64,000 nt of DNA from assembly GCA_963762255.1 (NCBI GenBank), contig CAVXKA010000002.1:512001-576000 (forward strand), written 5' to 3'. The notes beneath the pieces are model-generated. The model saw only the letters and a program-made list of their open reading frames with translations, was not told where the DNA came from and did not search any database. Positions 20,228 through 31,698 of the stretch are shown piece after piece. Positions within the stretch are counted from its first letter, which is position 1. Each line of letters starts with the position of its first letter. Position numbers and translations under genes: made by a program. The DNA comes from Candidatus Eiseniibacteriota bacterium (GTDB lineage: Bacteria; Eisenbacteria; RBG-16-71-46; JABDJR01).

Positions 20228-21192
20228 TCCAGATCGTCCCGCGCGAGGAGTTTGAGCCGGGAGTTCTGCGTCATGATCTCGGAGAGCTTGCGATCGAACT
20301 CCTGTGCGGCGTCAAAGCCGTAGGACTTCACCAGGTAGTTGAGGGCGATCACCTCGGCGATCACGGTGATGTTCTTGCCCGGATAGATCGGCACCGTGAC
20401 GAGGGGAATCTGCACGCCGAGAAGGGTGGTGAGACGATCCTCGAGGCCGGTGCGCTCGTAGTCCAGACCGTCCTTCCACTCCTCGAGGTGCACCTCCACC
20501 TCGATCCGCTTCTGGAATCGGATGGCGCGGATCCCGAACACCTTTTGAAGATCGATGATCCCCACCCCGCGGATCTCGATATGGTGACCGAGCACCTTGT
20601 TGGCCGAGCCGATGAGCACGTTCTCGTGACGGCGCTTGATCGTGACGACGTCGTCGGCCACCAGCCGGTGTCCGCGCTCCACGAGGTCGAGCGCGCATTC
20701 CGACTTGCCGATGCCGCTGCGACCCGTGAAGAGAAGCCCCACGCCGTAGACGTCCACGAGCGAACCGTGGGTGGTGCTGGCCGGCGCGAAGATGTCGTCC
20801 AGGTAGGCGGTCAGCTCGTGAATGAACGGGGTGGTGGACATCGGCGTGCCCAGAACCGGGATCCCTCTCTCCTCCGCCCGCTGGAGGAACGAGTACGGAA
20901 GGTCCAGATCCTTGGTCACGATGATGCACGGCACCTGGAACTGGAAGAGCCGTCCCTCGGCGACCAGCCGCTCGGCCTCGGAGTAGGAGGCGAGGAGGCC
21001 GATCTCGGTCTCCCCCACCACCTGGATTCGCTCGCTGAGGAAGTTCTCGGCGTACGCCGCCATAGCGAGCCCCGGTCGGTTGATGTCACTCACCGTGATG
21101 GAGACGCGTGACTCCAGGGAGGAGGTGAGCTTCTCGAACTCGAACGCATCCTTGCGCTCTTCGTACAAGCGGGCGACGCTGATCTGGTTCAT
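20224..21192 (-). CDS. hprK: HPr(Ser) kinase/phosphorylase
   Basis: INRPGL, HGSLVDVYGVG, GRSGIGKSECALDLVERGHRLVADD and EIRGVGII motifs. Confidence 0.98.
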   Translation of the reverse strand: MNQISVARLYEERKDAFEFEKLTSSLESRVSITVSDINRPGLAMAAYAENFLSERIQVVGETEIGLLASYSEAERLVAEGRLFQFQVPCIIVTKDLDLPYSFLQRAEERGIPVLGTPMSTTPFIHELTAYLDDIFAPASTTHGSLVDVYGVGLLFTGRSGIGKSECALDLVERGHRLVADDVVTIKRRHENVLIGSANKVLGHHIEIRGVGIIDLQKVFGIRAIRFQKRIEVEVHLEEWKDGLDYERTGLEDRLTTLLGVQIPLVTVPIYPGKNITVIAEVIALNYLVKSYGFDAAQEFDRKLSEIMTQNSRLKLLARDDLE

Positions 21193-21213
21193 GGGTCCTC
21201 GCCGGCGCGGGGC

Positions 21214-21789
21214 CTATTCGAGGTGAATGTCCACGACGCCCACGTGTCCGTCGCGCCGCTTGAATACGATGGTGGGTCGATGGGTGGCGGTGTTGGTGAA
21301 GCCCAGCACCTCGCGCCGCGAAACCCGCAACTGCGCGGCCGCCTCGGCCGCGGTCATCTCCACGTCGAATTCGCCCGCGTCGTCGCTCACCAGCCCGTCG
21401 AAATCGCTCGCGTCGAATCCGAGCGCAGCCTCCTCGTCGGCCGGAGTCTCCATGGCCTCGGGCTCGGGCCCGATCGGAGGCGTCTCGCCGCCGCGGCGAC
21501 GCTTCTGCCGGGTGAGGCGGTCTTTGTGCCGACGCAACTGGACCTCGAGCTTGTCGATCACCTGCTCGAACGCGCCCTTGTCGTTGTCGGCCACCGCGTG
21601 GCTCACCAGGGGGGTGCCGTTGGCGGTGATCGAGGCCTCGGCGTGATAGCGGTTGCGCTCGAAGCTCACCACGACGCGGGCACCCATGATGCGGTCGAAG
21701 TAGCGCTGCAGTTTCGACAGCCGGTCTTCGACTCGCTGTCTCAAGCTCTCCGTGAGCTCGAAGTGCCGCGTGGTGATTTCGGTGTTCAT
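21214..21789 (-). CDS. hpf: Ribosome hibernation promoting factor (long HPF/RaiA)
   Basis: ITTRHFELTESLR and DKLEVQLRRHKDR motifs, with long-HPF C-terminal MT..EA..QL...F.RRDG; directly downstream of rpoN. Confidence 0.92.
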   Translation of the reverse strand: MNTEITTRHFELTESLRQRVEDRLSKLQRYFDRIMGARVVVSFERNRYHAEASITANGTPLVSHAVADNDKGAFEQVIDKLEVQLRRHKDRLTRQKRRRGGETPPIGPEPEAMETPADEEAALGFDASDFDGLVSDDAGEFDVEMTAAEAAAQLRVSRREVLGFTNTATHRPTIVFKRRDGHVGVVDIHLE

Positions 21790-21860
21790 TGTTCGGGTTC
21801 TCCCTTCTTCACGACGGGTTGTCCGGTTCGTCCCGTTCCTCAAGGCGTGTGCGGCCGCCC

Positions 21861-23279
21861 TCAGTGCCGCCGGCGCAATCGGGCGCTGGCGATCCCCAGC
21901 GCTTCGCGGTACTTCGCCACCGTGCGCCGCGCGATATCCACTCCCTCGGCGCGCAGCGTGTCGGCGATCTTCTGGTCGGAGAGCGGGCGACGCTTTTCCT
22001 CGACCTCGATGAGCCGGGTGATCTTCTCCTTGGCCGCTTTGGACGAGATGTCCTCGCCGTCCGAGGTCCCCAATCCGGACGAGAAGAAGAACTTCAGCTC
22101 GAACACCCCCCGAGGGGTCTGTACGTACTTTCCGCTGGTGACCCGGCTCACCGTCGACTCGTGCATCTCGATCTCGCGCGCCACGTCCTGGAGCGTCAGC
22201 GGTCTGAGGTGCAGCACGCCGTGGTCGAAGAAGGCGCGCTGCTTCTCCACGATCTTCTGCATGACCTTCACCATGGTACGCCGGCGCTGCTCGATGGTCT
22301 GCACGATCCACCGGGCCGACTTGAGCTTGGCCCGCACGAAGTCCTTGGTCTTTTGATCGTCACCCCCCTGGCCGAGGATGACCTTTTCGTAGGCGCGGTT
22401 GATGCGCAGCCGGGGGACGTTTCGGTCGTTGAGGAAGACCACGTAGTCCTCCCCCACCCTCTCCACCACGAGGTCGGGATAGACGTAGCGCGCATCCGTG
22501 CCCGCGAGTTGGGCCCCGGGGTTCGGATTGAGGCCGGCGATGAGATCCATCGCCTCCTGCACCGCCTGCACCGAGATCTTGAACGCACGGGCGATGTCGG
22601 TGAGGCGGCGATTCTTGAGCGCCTCCCAGTGGTCCCGCACGATCTGATAGGAAAGGCCGTCGTCCAGGCCGCGGGCCCGGAGCTGAAGGAGCAGCGACTC
22701 CTGCAAGTCGCGCGCGCCCACCCCCGGGGGCTCACACTGGCGGAGATAGCCCATTAGGCGCTCCACGCGTTCCGGCTCCGTGCCGGTGAGCTCCACGATC
22801 TCTTCGTCGGTCATGGTGAGGTAGCCACGATCGTCGAGCGAGCCGAGCAGGAAATCGGTCACCGCCTCGTCCTCGGGACCCATCTGGCGCATCAGGAGCT
22901 GCTCGCGCAGAAACTCCTCCAGGGTTGCCACGGAGACATTGACCCGCTCGTACTGCTCCTCCTGACGTTCGGGCGTGGGGACGGTGCCGACGTCGCTCGC
23001 GTCCTGGAGGTAGGCCTCCCAGTCCACTTCGTCGTCCGGGCCGTCCTCCTCCGGCGTATCCGTCGCCGCCTCCGCCTCGCCGTTTCCGTCCAATGTAACA
23101 TCGGGCTCTTCGCTGATCTCGTCCACTTCCTCGAGCAGAGGGTTGGTCTGAAGCTCGGTCTTCAGTTCCTCGCGCAACTCCAGCGTAGGCAGAGTAAGGA
23201 GTTTCAGCGCCTGCCGCAGCTTCTGGGTCATGATCAGCTTCTGCGTCAGGGTCTGGCGCAGTTGGTGTTTCATTTCCAT
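21861..23279 (-). CDS. rpoN: RNA polymerase sigma-54 factor
   Basis: Q/L-rich region I, PPGVGARDLQE, HESTVSR and RpoN box ARRTVAKYRE. Confidence 0.98.
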   Translation of the reverse strand: MEMKHQLRQTLTQKLIMTQKLRQALKLLTLPTLELREELKTELQTNPLLEEVDEISEEPDVTLDGNGEAEAATDTPEEDGPDDEVDWEAYLQDASDVGTVPTPERQEEQYERVNVSVATLEEFLREQLLMRQMGPEDEAVTDFLLGSLDDRGYLTMTDEEIVELTGTEPERVERLMGYLRQCEPPGVGARDLQESLLLQLRARGLDDGLSYQIVRDHWEALKNRRLTDIARAFKISVQAVQEAMDLIAGLNPNPGAQLAGTDARYVYPDLVVERVGEDYVVFLNDRNVPRLRINRAYEKVILGQGGDDQKTKDFVRAKLKSARWIVQTIEQRRRTMVKVMQKIVEKQRAFFDHGVLHLRPLTLQDVAREIEMHESTVSRVTSGKYVQTPRGVFELKFFFSSGLGTSDGEDISSKAAKEKITRLIEVEEKRRPLSDQKIADTLRAEGVDIARRTVAKYREALGIASARLRRRH

Positions 23280-23297
23280 GGCGCGATCATGGCCTTT

Positions 23298-24080
23298 CTA
23301 CAGCTTGAACTGCTCGCCCAGATAGATGCGGCGGGCCATCGGATCGTTGGCGAGCTGTTCGGACGTCCCGGACAAGAGGATCTTGCCCTCGTAGAGAATG
23401 TAGGCACGGTCGGTACTGTGCAGGGTCTCCCGCACGCTGTGATCGGTGATGAGAATGCCGAGCCCTCGGCGGCGAAGCCGGCTGATGATCTCCTGGATCT
23501 CTCCCACCGCGATAGGGTCGATCCCCACGAACGGCTCGTCCAGGAGCAGGAACTTCGGTTCGGTGACCAGGGCGCGCGTGATCTCCACGCGGCGGCGCTC
23601 GCCGCCGGAAAGGTTGTACCCGACCCGGTCGGCGAGCTTGGTGATGTCGAGTTCGGCCAGAAGTTCCTCGAGCCGCTTCGCCCGTTCCTTGGAGGTGAGG
23701 TCGAGGGTCTCCAGGATGGCCAGGATGTTGTCCTTCACCGTGAGCTTGCGGAAGACCGAGGCTTCCTGCGGCAGATAGCCGATGCCGAGCCGGGCCCGGC
23801 GATACATGGGAAGGCGGGTGATGTCGTGCGCTCCGAGGGTGATGCGCCCCTCGTTCGCCTTGAGGAAGCCGACGATCATGTAGAAGGTCGTGGTCTTCCC
23901 CGCGCCGTTGGGGCCGAGCAATCCGACCACTTCGCCGGGGTGAACCTCCAGCGAGACCCCGTCCACCACACGCGTCCGCCCGTACCGCCGCACCAACGAC
24001 TCGGCGGCGAGGCACGTGCGCCCGGCGGGCTCAGGGTGCGACGGTTCGTGCGCGATCGATGAAGGTGACGTGGACGTCAC
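23298..24080 (-). CDS. lptB: LPS export ABC transporter ATP-binding protein LptB
   Basis: [39 protein letters not shown] and LITDH motifs; start position uncertain. Confidence 0.96.
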   Translation of the reverse strand: MTSTSPSSIAHEPSHPEPAGRTCLAAESLVRRYGRTRVVDGVSLEVHPGEVVGLLGPNGAGKTTTFYMIVGFLKANEGRITLGAHDITRLPMYRRARLGIGYLPQEASVFRKLTVKDNILAILETLDLTSKERAKRLEELLAELDITKLADRVGYNLSGGERRRVEITRALVTEPKFLLLDEPFVGIDPIAVGEIQEIISRLRRRGLGILITDHSVRETLHSTDRAYILYEGKILLSGTSEQLANDPMARRIYLGEQFKL

Positions 24081-25470
24081 GCTGCACCTCGTAGTTGGTG
24101 AGCTCGGGGTTGGAGCGAAAGCCGAAACCGGTGAGGATTCGGTCGGGCTTGGCGATGCGGACGAACTCGTCGCCGGTAATGATGTTCTCGGTCTTGGAAT
24201 AGCGCAGCGATGGCGTGAAGAGGGAGTCTCTCCCGGCGGTCACGACGGTCACCCTGCCCTCCGCGGTCATGTCCCCGCTCTCCTCGTCTACGACACCTTT
24301 CTCGGCGGTGAGCGTGGACGTGACGGCTTCCTCCCGATCGTAGAAGGTCACCAGAACGTCATCCAGTCGGATTCCCGGTTGCTTCGGGATGCGCCACGCA
24401 TACTTGGAATGAAGGTTCCAGGCGAGGCGGCCCTCGTGGGTCTCCGTCAGGTTGAAATCGCGGATCTCGCGCTCGAGGGAGGTCGTTTCCGCCGGGGCTC
24501 CCTGCTCCGGTTCGTCCCCGACACAGCCGACCACCGAGAAGATGGCGAGCAGGGCGGGAAACACGAACCGTCCGAACCGCGAAGTTCTTGGGACCCTGGG
24601 ACGAGCCGGAATCTCCCAGCGCGGGTGGATCCAGATCCACTGCTCGGGCGCCTGGCGGATCAACTCTTCCAGGGCGTGCGCGATGGTCTGGGTCGCACGC
24701 CGCGCATCCGACTCCGGCGGCAGCGGGGGGAGGACCGTCACCCGATGCGTGTCGTCGGGCAGGCGGCGGATTCCGAGCGGGATGACGGGGGCCCCCGAGG
24801 CCGCGGCGAGGCGCGCCGGTCCATCGGTCATGGGCGTCGTCTGTCCCAGAAACTCCACGGTCACGCCTCCCCGCTTGATCCTCTGATCCGCCAGCACTCC
24901 GAGAAACCCGCCGCGCCGCAGGTGGCGAAGCGCCCCGATCGGCAAGCTCTCGCTCGAGAGTGTTCTCACGCCCATCCTTCGGCGGTGCTCCGCCAAGGCC
25001 CGATCGAGTCGCGGCTCGCGCAACGGCCGAGCCAACGCGCGCACCGGGTACCCCTCGTGCACGAGCGCCGCGGCCAGAACTTCCCAACTGCCGAGATGCC
25101 CGGTCACGATGATAGCCCCCCGGCCTCCGGCGACGGCCGCGTCGAGATGCTCGCGTCCGTCGATCGTCACCAGTTTCGTGCGCGCCTCCGTCGAAAGGGA
25201 GGGGTAGCGCACGAAGTCGTAGACGTTGCGTCCGATCTCCACAAACACGCGGCGCGCTTCGCGGCGGATCCGGCGGTCGGGCCACTCGGGGTGGACCCGG
25301 CCGAGGTTGCCGCGGGCGAGCCGCCGGTCACGGGCGACGAGCAGATGTCCCGCCCATCCCACCGCCGCGCACAATCCGCGTCCCCAGGGTTCCGGCAGAA
25401 CCCCGATGAGACGAGGCAGAAACACGGCGACCCGAAACCGGGCCCAACGCCTCAACTCCTTGCCATTCAT
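24031..25470 (-). CDS. Fusion of lipid A late acyltransferase (LpxL/HtrB family) with an LptC-like LPS export domain
   Basis: N-terminal part has [22 protein letters not shown] and [14 protein letters not shown] segment ([15 protein letters not shown]) follows, then LptC-like [32 protein letters not shown] and GFGFRSN. Confidence 0.88.
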   Translation of the reverse strand: MNGKELRRWARFRVAVFLPRLIGVLPEPWGRGLCAAVGWAGHLLVARDRRLARGNLGRVHPEWPDRRIRREARRVFVEIGRNVYDFVRYPSLSTEARTKLVTIDGREHLDAAVAGGRGAIIVTGHLGSWEVLAAALVHEGYPVRALARPLREPRLDRALAEHRRRMGVRTLSSESLPIGALRHLRRGGFLGVLADQRIKRGGVTVEFLGQTTPMTDGPARLAAASGAPVIPLGIRRLPDDTHRVTVLPPLPPESDARRATQTIAHALEELIRQAPEQWIWIHPRWEIPARPRVPRTSRFGRFVFPALLAIFSVVGCVGDEPEQGAPAETTSLEREIRDFNLTETHEGRLAWNLHSKYAWRIPKQPGIRLDDVLVTFYDREEAVTSTLTAEKGVVDEESGDMTAEGRVTVVTAGRDSLFTPSLRYSKTENIITGDEFVRIAKPDRILTGFGFRSNPELTNYEVQRDVHVTFIDRARTVAP

Positions 25471-25494
25471 ATCGGTAACTCGCAGCAAGACTTG

Positions 25495-25523
25495 AGGCTA
25501 ACAGAGGATGTTGCGGGGGTCAA
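25495..25523 (-). promoter_or_regulatory. Putative sigma70 promoter of the lpxL-lptC/lptB/rpoN operon
   Basis: TTGACC-17 nt-TAGCCT with extended -10 TG. Confidence 0.6.
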
Positions 25524-25539
25524 GCAACGGGTGTGCCAA
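25523..25539 (-). promoter_or_regulatory. Sigma54 (-24/-12) binding site
   Basis: TTGGCACACCCGTTGCT matches TGGCAC-N5-TTGC exactly. Confidence 0.72.
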
Positions 25540-25590
25540 AGGGATTGGCATGCAAGGAGGGGACGTGCCAAACGGTGACAGGGACCGCGA

Positions 25591-26610
25591 TCAGCCCCGC
25601 TCGTTTCCGCGGGCCGGGTCCACCCGCAGGCAATCGTGCAGATGGATGATGCCGACCGGCTGGTGCGCTTCGACGACGACGAGGCTCGTCACCGCGCCGG
25701 GCCGGCGCTCTTCCATGAGGCGCACCGCAGCAGCGACCGGCGCTTGCGGAGCGATCGTGCGCGGTGCGCTCGACATGAACTTCGCCACCGGCTCCTTCAG
25801 CGCGCCGTCGCCGTGCGGCCCAAGGAGGATCCTCTTGAGGTCGCCGTCGGTGAGGATGCCGAGGAGCTTCCCCTCGCGGTCCACCACGGTCGTGACCCCG
25901 AGTCCCTTGTCCACGATCTCGACCAGCGCGTCGCGAAGCGTCGCCGTCTCCCCGATCCGCGGCAGCCTGTCCCCGCCGTGCATGAGTTCGCAGACTCGGC
26001 GCCCCACCTGCCGACCGATCAGTCCACCCGGATGGACGAAGGCAAAATCCTCCGGCGTCAGTCCCCGCCGCCGAAAGAGAGCCACGGCCAGCGCATCGCC
26101 CACCGCCATCGCCGCGGTGGTGCTGCTCGTCGGCACGAGGTCGAGCGAACAGGCCTCCTCGATCTTCCCGAGTTCGATCACGACGGCGGCGCTCTCGGCG
26201 AGAGGCGCGCTGGCGCTCTCAACGATGGCGATCACCGGCGCGCCCCGCCGCTGCACGTAGGGGAGTAGATGCAGCAGTTCCACGCTCCGCCCGCTCTTGG
26301 AGATCGCAAGCAGCACGTCCTGGCCGCTGACGATCCCGAGATCGCCGTGCATCGCATCGGTGGGATGCAGAAAGAACGCGGGGGTGCCCGTGCTGGTAAA
26401 GGTGGCCGCGATCTTGGCGCCGACGAGCCCGCTCTTGCCCACCCCGCACACGATGATCCGTCCGGAAGCGGCCTCGAGGAGTTCCACCGCGCGGGCGAAG
26501 CTTGAACCCAACCGCGCCGCCACGGTGCGTAGCGTATCGGCCTCGCGGGTGAGCACGTCGCGCGCGATGGCCAGCGGATCGAGGGACCCGGGGTGCGGCT
26601 CGCCTGTCAT
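25591..26610 (-). CDS. kdsD: Arabinose-5-phosphate isomerase (KpsF/GutQ, SIS plus two CBS domains)
   Basis: CGVGKSG, STGTPAFFLHP.DAMHGDLG, PTSSTTA and HPGG motifs, with a CBS pair. Confidence 0.95.
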   Translation of the reverse strand: MTGEPHPGSLDPLAIARDVLTREADTLRTVAARLGSSFARAVELLEAASGRIIVCGVGKSGLVGAKIAATFTSTGTPAFFLHPTDAMHGDLGIVSGQDVLLAISKSGRSVELLHLLPYVQRRGAPVIAIVESASAPLAESAAVVIELGKIEEACSLDLVPTSSTTAAMAVGDALAVALFRRRGLTPEDFAFVHPGGLIGRQVGRRVCELMHGGDRLPRIGETATLRDALVEIVDKGLGVTTVVDREGKLLGILTDGDLKRILLGPHGDGALKEPVAKFMSSAPRTIAPQAPVAAAVRLMEERRPGAVTSLVVVEAHQPVGIIHLHDCLRVDPARGNERG

Positions 26611-27176
26611 GGTTTCTTCGGCTGCTTGGCCGCGCCGCTGTGTTCCGACTTCCCCATCGAGAAACCGTCGTCCTGGTTCATGAACCTCCGCAGCGATTCC
26701 TCTTTCAGCCCGGCCTGCGCGAGGAGCCATTCCACCGTCTCGCGCACCGCTCCGGAGCCGCCGGGACGGGTCGTGATGAACTTGGCCGTCGTCTTCACCT
26801 CGTCCACTGCGTCCGCCACCGCCACGGGCCAACCCACCCGGCGCATGACCGCGAGATCCTGCAGGTCATCGCCCACGAACGCCGCGTTCTCCCAGGGAAT
26901 GCCCATGCCTTCGAGCCATTCCTCCAGGAAGAGATCCTTCCGACCGATGCCGATCGCCCACTCCGCCCCCAACTCCTGTGCGCGGTTCTTGACCGGGATC
27001 GACGCGCGGGCGGTGAGGAAGAGCACGCGCCAGCCGCAGAGCAGCGCCAGCCGGATGCCCACGCCGTCGCGCGCGTGAAACCGTTTCGATTCGCGTCCGC
27101 CGCTGTCCAGGATGATGCCGCCGTCGGTCAACACGCCGTCCACATCGAGGACGAGGGCTTCGATCTGCGCCGCCAT
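26607..27176 (-). CDS. kdsC: KDO 8-phosphate phosphatase (HAD family)
   Basis: LDVDGVLTDG, RDGVGI, VGDDLQD and GGSGAVRE motifs. Confidence 0.95.
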   Translation of the reverse strand: MAAQIEALVLDVDGVLTDGGIILDSGGRESKRFHARDGVGIRLALLCGWRVLFLTARASIPVKNRAQELGAEWAIGIGRKDLFLEEWLEGMGIPWENAAFVGDDLQDLAVMRRVGWPVAVADAVDEVKTTAKFITTRPGGSGAVRETVEWLLAQAGLKEESLRRFMNQDDGFSMGKSEHSGAAKQPKKP

Positions 27177-28019
27177 CTAGACTCCTTCCGGATGCACCGC
27201 GTCCCAGACCCGAACCAGCTCCCGAAGAAACGCGGGGATCTCCGCGAGCGGAAGCTGCGTCGTGCGGTCGCTCAGGGCGCGCGCCGGGTCGGGATGCGTT
27301 TCGAAGAAGACCACATGCGCGCCCGCCGCCACCGCCGCGCGGGCCAGCGGCGATGCGTACTGCCGCTCACCGCCTGTTTCCTCTCCCCCGCCGGGAAGCT
27401 GCAGGCTGTGCGTTGCATCATAGACCACCGGACAGCCCGTCTCGGCGAGGATCGGGATGCTCCGCATATCCACCACGAGGTTGTGATAGCCGAAGGAGGC
27501 GCCGCGTTCCGTGACGAGCACCTGCTCGCTCCCCGCGCCGCGCACCTTCTCCACCGCCCGGGCCATGTCGCCCGGAGCGAGGAACTGGCCCTTCTTGATG
27601 TTCACCGGCTTGCCGGCCGCCCCGGCCGCGACCAGCAACGACGTCTGCCGACACAGGAACGCGGGGATCTGAAGCACGTCCACCGCTGCGGCCGCCGCCG
27701 GCACTTCATCTGGAGTGTGCACATCGGTGAGGAGCGACACGCCGAGCTTCTCCCGCACCGCCGCGAGCGCGGCCAATCCCTCGCGCATACCGGGACCGCG
27801 GTAGGAGCGCATGGACGTGCGGTTGGCCTTGTCGTACGAGCACTTGAACACGAAAGGGAGCCGGAGTTCGCCGGTGAGGCGTTTCAGTTCGGTGGCAACT
27901 TCGAGGAGCATCCCCGCGTCTTCCACCACGCAGGGACCGGCGATCACGCCCAGCCGGGAACCGTCAAAGCGGGCTGACCCCGCGGAGACGGGGATGCGGG
28001 GACGTTCGAGGTCGCTCAT
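27177..28019 (-). CDS. kdsA: KDO 8-phosphate synthase
   Basis: IAGPCVVE, SYDKANRTS, QIPAFLCRQT, KKGQF and DATHSLQ motifs. Confidence 0.97.
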   Translation of the reverse strand: MSDLERPRIPVSAGSARFDGSRLGVIAGPCVVEDAGMLLEVATELKRLTGELRLPFVFKCSYDKANRTSMRSYRGPGMREGLAALAAVREKLGVSLLTDVHTPDEVPAAAAAVDVLQIPAFLCRQTSLLVAAGAAGKPVNIKKGQFLAPGDMARAVEKVRGAGSEQVLVTERGASFGYHNLVVDMRSIPILAETGCPVVYDATHSLQLPGGGEETGGERQYASPLARAAVAAGAHVVFFETHPDPARALSDRTTQLPLAEIPAFLRELVRVWDAVHPEGV

Positions 28020-28050
28020 CCTAGGCGTCTCTCCCGCGGATCCACCGCGT

Positions 28051-30443
<2,393 letters not shown>

Positions 30444-30619
30444 GGGTCTTGCCTCTCTTCAGGGGGCCGGGCGTCCGCGCGGGGATGCGCGCCGGGACCG
30501 GCGAGTCGGTGGGCACCGCGGCGCCGAGCACGGGCGGCTGCCGGAGCGGTGGCCCGACCTACTCTAACGAAAGCGCCCCCAGCCCGGAACCCTGATTTTT
30601 CAGGGGGTTGCGTCGGCGC

Positions 30620-30648
30620 TTGCCCCCCGAGAGCGCGCGTGTTAGTAT
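30620..30648 (+). promoter_or_regulatory. Putative sigma70 promoter of sahR-ahcY
   Basis: TTGCCC-17 nt-TAGTAT with extended -10 TG. Confidence 0.65.
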
Positions 30649-30668
30649 ATCGCTCGATGCGGATATAC
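30645..30668. promoter_or_regulatory. Inverted-repeat operator, probable SahR binding site
   Basis: GTATATC-N10-GATATAC overlaps the -10 element and predicted TSS, immediately before the ArsR-methyltransferase regulator gene. Confidence 0.7.
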
Positions 30669-30670
30669 CG

Positions 30671-31648
30671 ATGAAACAGACCCCAGCCGTTGCCCGTCTC
30701 AAGGCCCTCGCCGATCCGGTGAGGCTTCGCGCTCTCGCTCTTCTGGGCGAGGAGGAACTCTCCGTCGGCGAGCTCACGGAAATCCTGGGGATGACCCAGA
30801 GCCGGGTGTCCGGACACCTGGCCGTCTTGCGCGAGGCCGATCTCGTGCGCGACCGGCGCCAGGGGACATCCGCGTTCTATTCGCTTGCGACCGACGGCGA
30901 GGCGATCGAGACGTGGCGCGCGTTGCAGGGAACGCTCGACGGGGCCCAACCGGAGCCCGCGGATCGCATCCGCCTCGCCGACACGCTGCGCCGGCGCCGG
31001 GAGAGGAGCCGGGAGTTCTTCGACCGCGCGGCGGAGGCCTGGCACGAGGGGCGCAGCGAATCGCTCGGCCTGGGCGCAGGCGCGTTCGCGATGGCGGGGC
31101 TTTTGCCCGAGTCGCTATCCGTGCTCGACCTGGGCACCGGGACCGGGGGGCTGCTCCCGCTCCTGGATCGGTACGTCGGAGGGGTGATCGCCGTGGACGG
31201 GAGTCGGGCCATGCTCGGGCGCGCTCGCGAGCGGCTCGGCCAGGACCGCGCCGGACGCGTGCGTTTTCTCCGGGCGGACGTGGAGCGGTTGCCGCTTCCC
31301 GACGCGTCGGTGGACGGGGTCGTGGCCAACATGATCCTCCACCACCTCGCGCGACCGCAGGCGGTGCTGCGCGAGGCGGCGCGCGTGCTGCGCCCCGAGG
31401 GGCGCGGCGTCATCGTGGATTTCGAAGCGCACGAGGAGGCTTGGCTCCTCGACGAAGAAGGACATCGCTGGGCGGGGTTCGAGCCCGCGCAGATTGCGGG
31501 GTGGTGCGTGGACGCGGGGCTGTCGGTACCCGCGTTCGAACGAGTCCCCACCCCGGACGGCGGCCGTTGGAGCCGCATCGAAGTTTTCGTGGCCCGCTTC
31601 GGACGGCCCGCCCACGCGGGGCGCGCCCGGCGAAGCGGCAGGCGGTAG
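30671..31648 (+). CDS. sahR: ArsR-family HTH plus SAM-dependent methyltransferase-domain regulator (SahR-like)
   Basis: KALADPVRLR...ELSVGEL..ILGMTQSRVSGHL HTH; LDLGTGTG SAM motif; M.LHH motif; upstream of ahcY. Confidence 0.88.
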   Translation: MKQTPAVARLKALADPVRLRALALLGEEELSVGELTEILGMTQSRVSGHLAVLREADLVRDRRQGTSAFYSLATDGEAIETWRALQGTLDGAQPEPADRIRLADTLRRRRERSREFFDRAAEAWHEGRSESLGLGAGAFAMAGLLPESLSVLDLGTGTGGLLPLLDRYVGGVIAVDGSRAMLGRARERLGQDRAGRVRFLRADVERLPLPDASVDGVVANMILHHLARPQAVLREAARVLRPEGRGVIVDFEAHEEAWLLDEEGHRWAGFEPAQIAGWCVDAGLSVPAFERVPTPDGGRWSRIEVFVARFGRPAHAGRARRSGRR

Positions 31649-31698
31649 CGGCGGCGCGAGAGCGCTCGGCGCGTCACACCCAGGGAGAGACGATCAGC

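Noticed and set aside
25551-25572. Second sigma54 promoter (TGGCAC...TTGCA)
   Set aside because: The spacing is N9 instead of the strictly required N5.
30913-31698. Apparent 260-aa N-terminal extension of AhcY
   Set aside because: It overlaps sahR in another frame. The real start is ATG 31699 with an SD-like GGGAGA.
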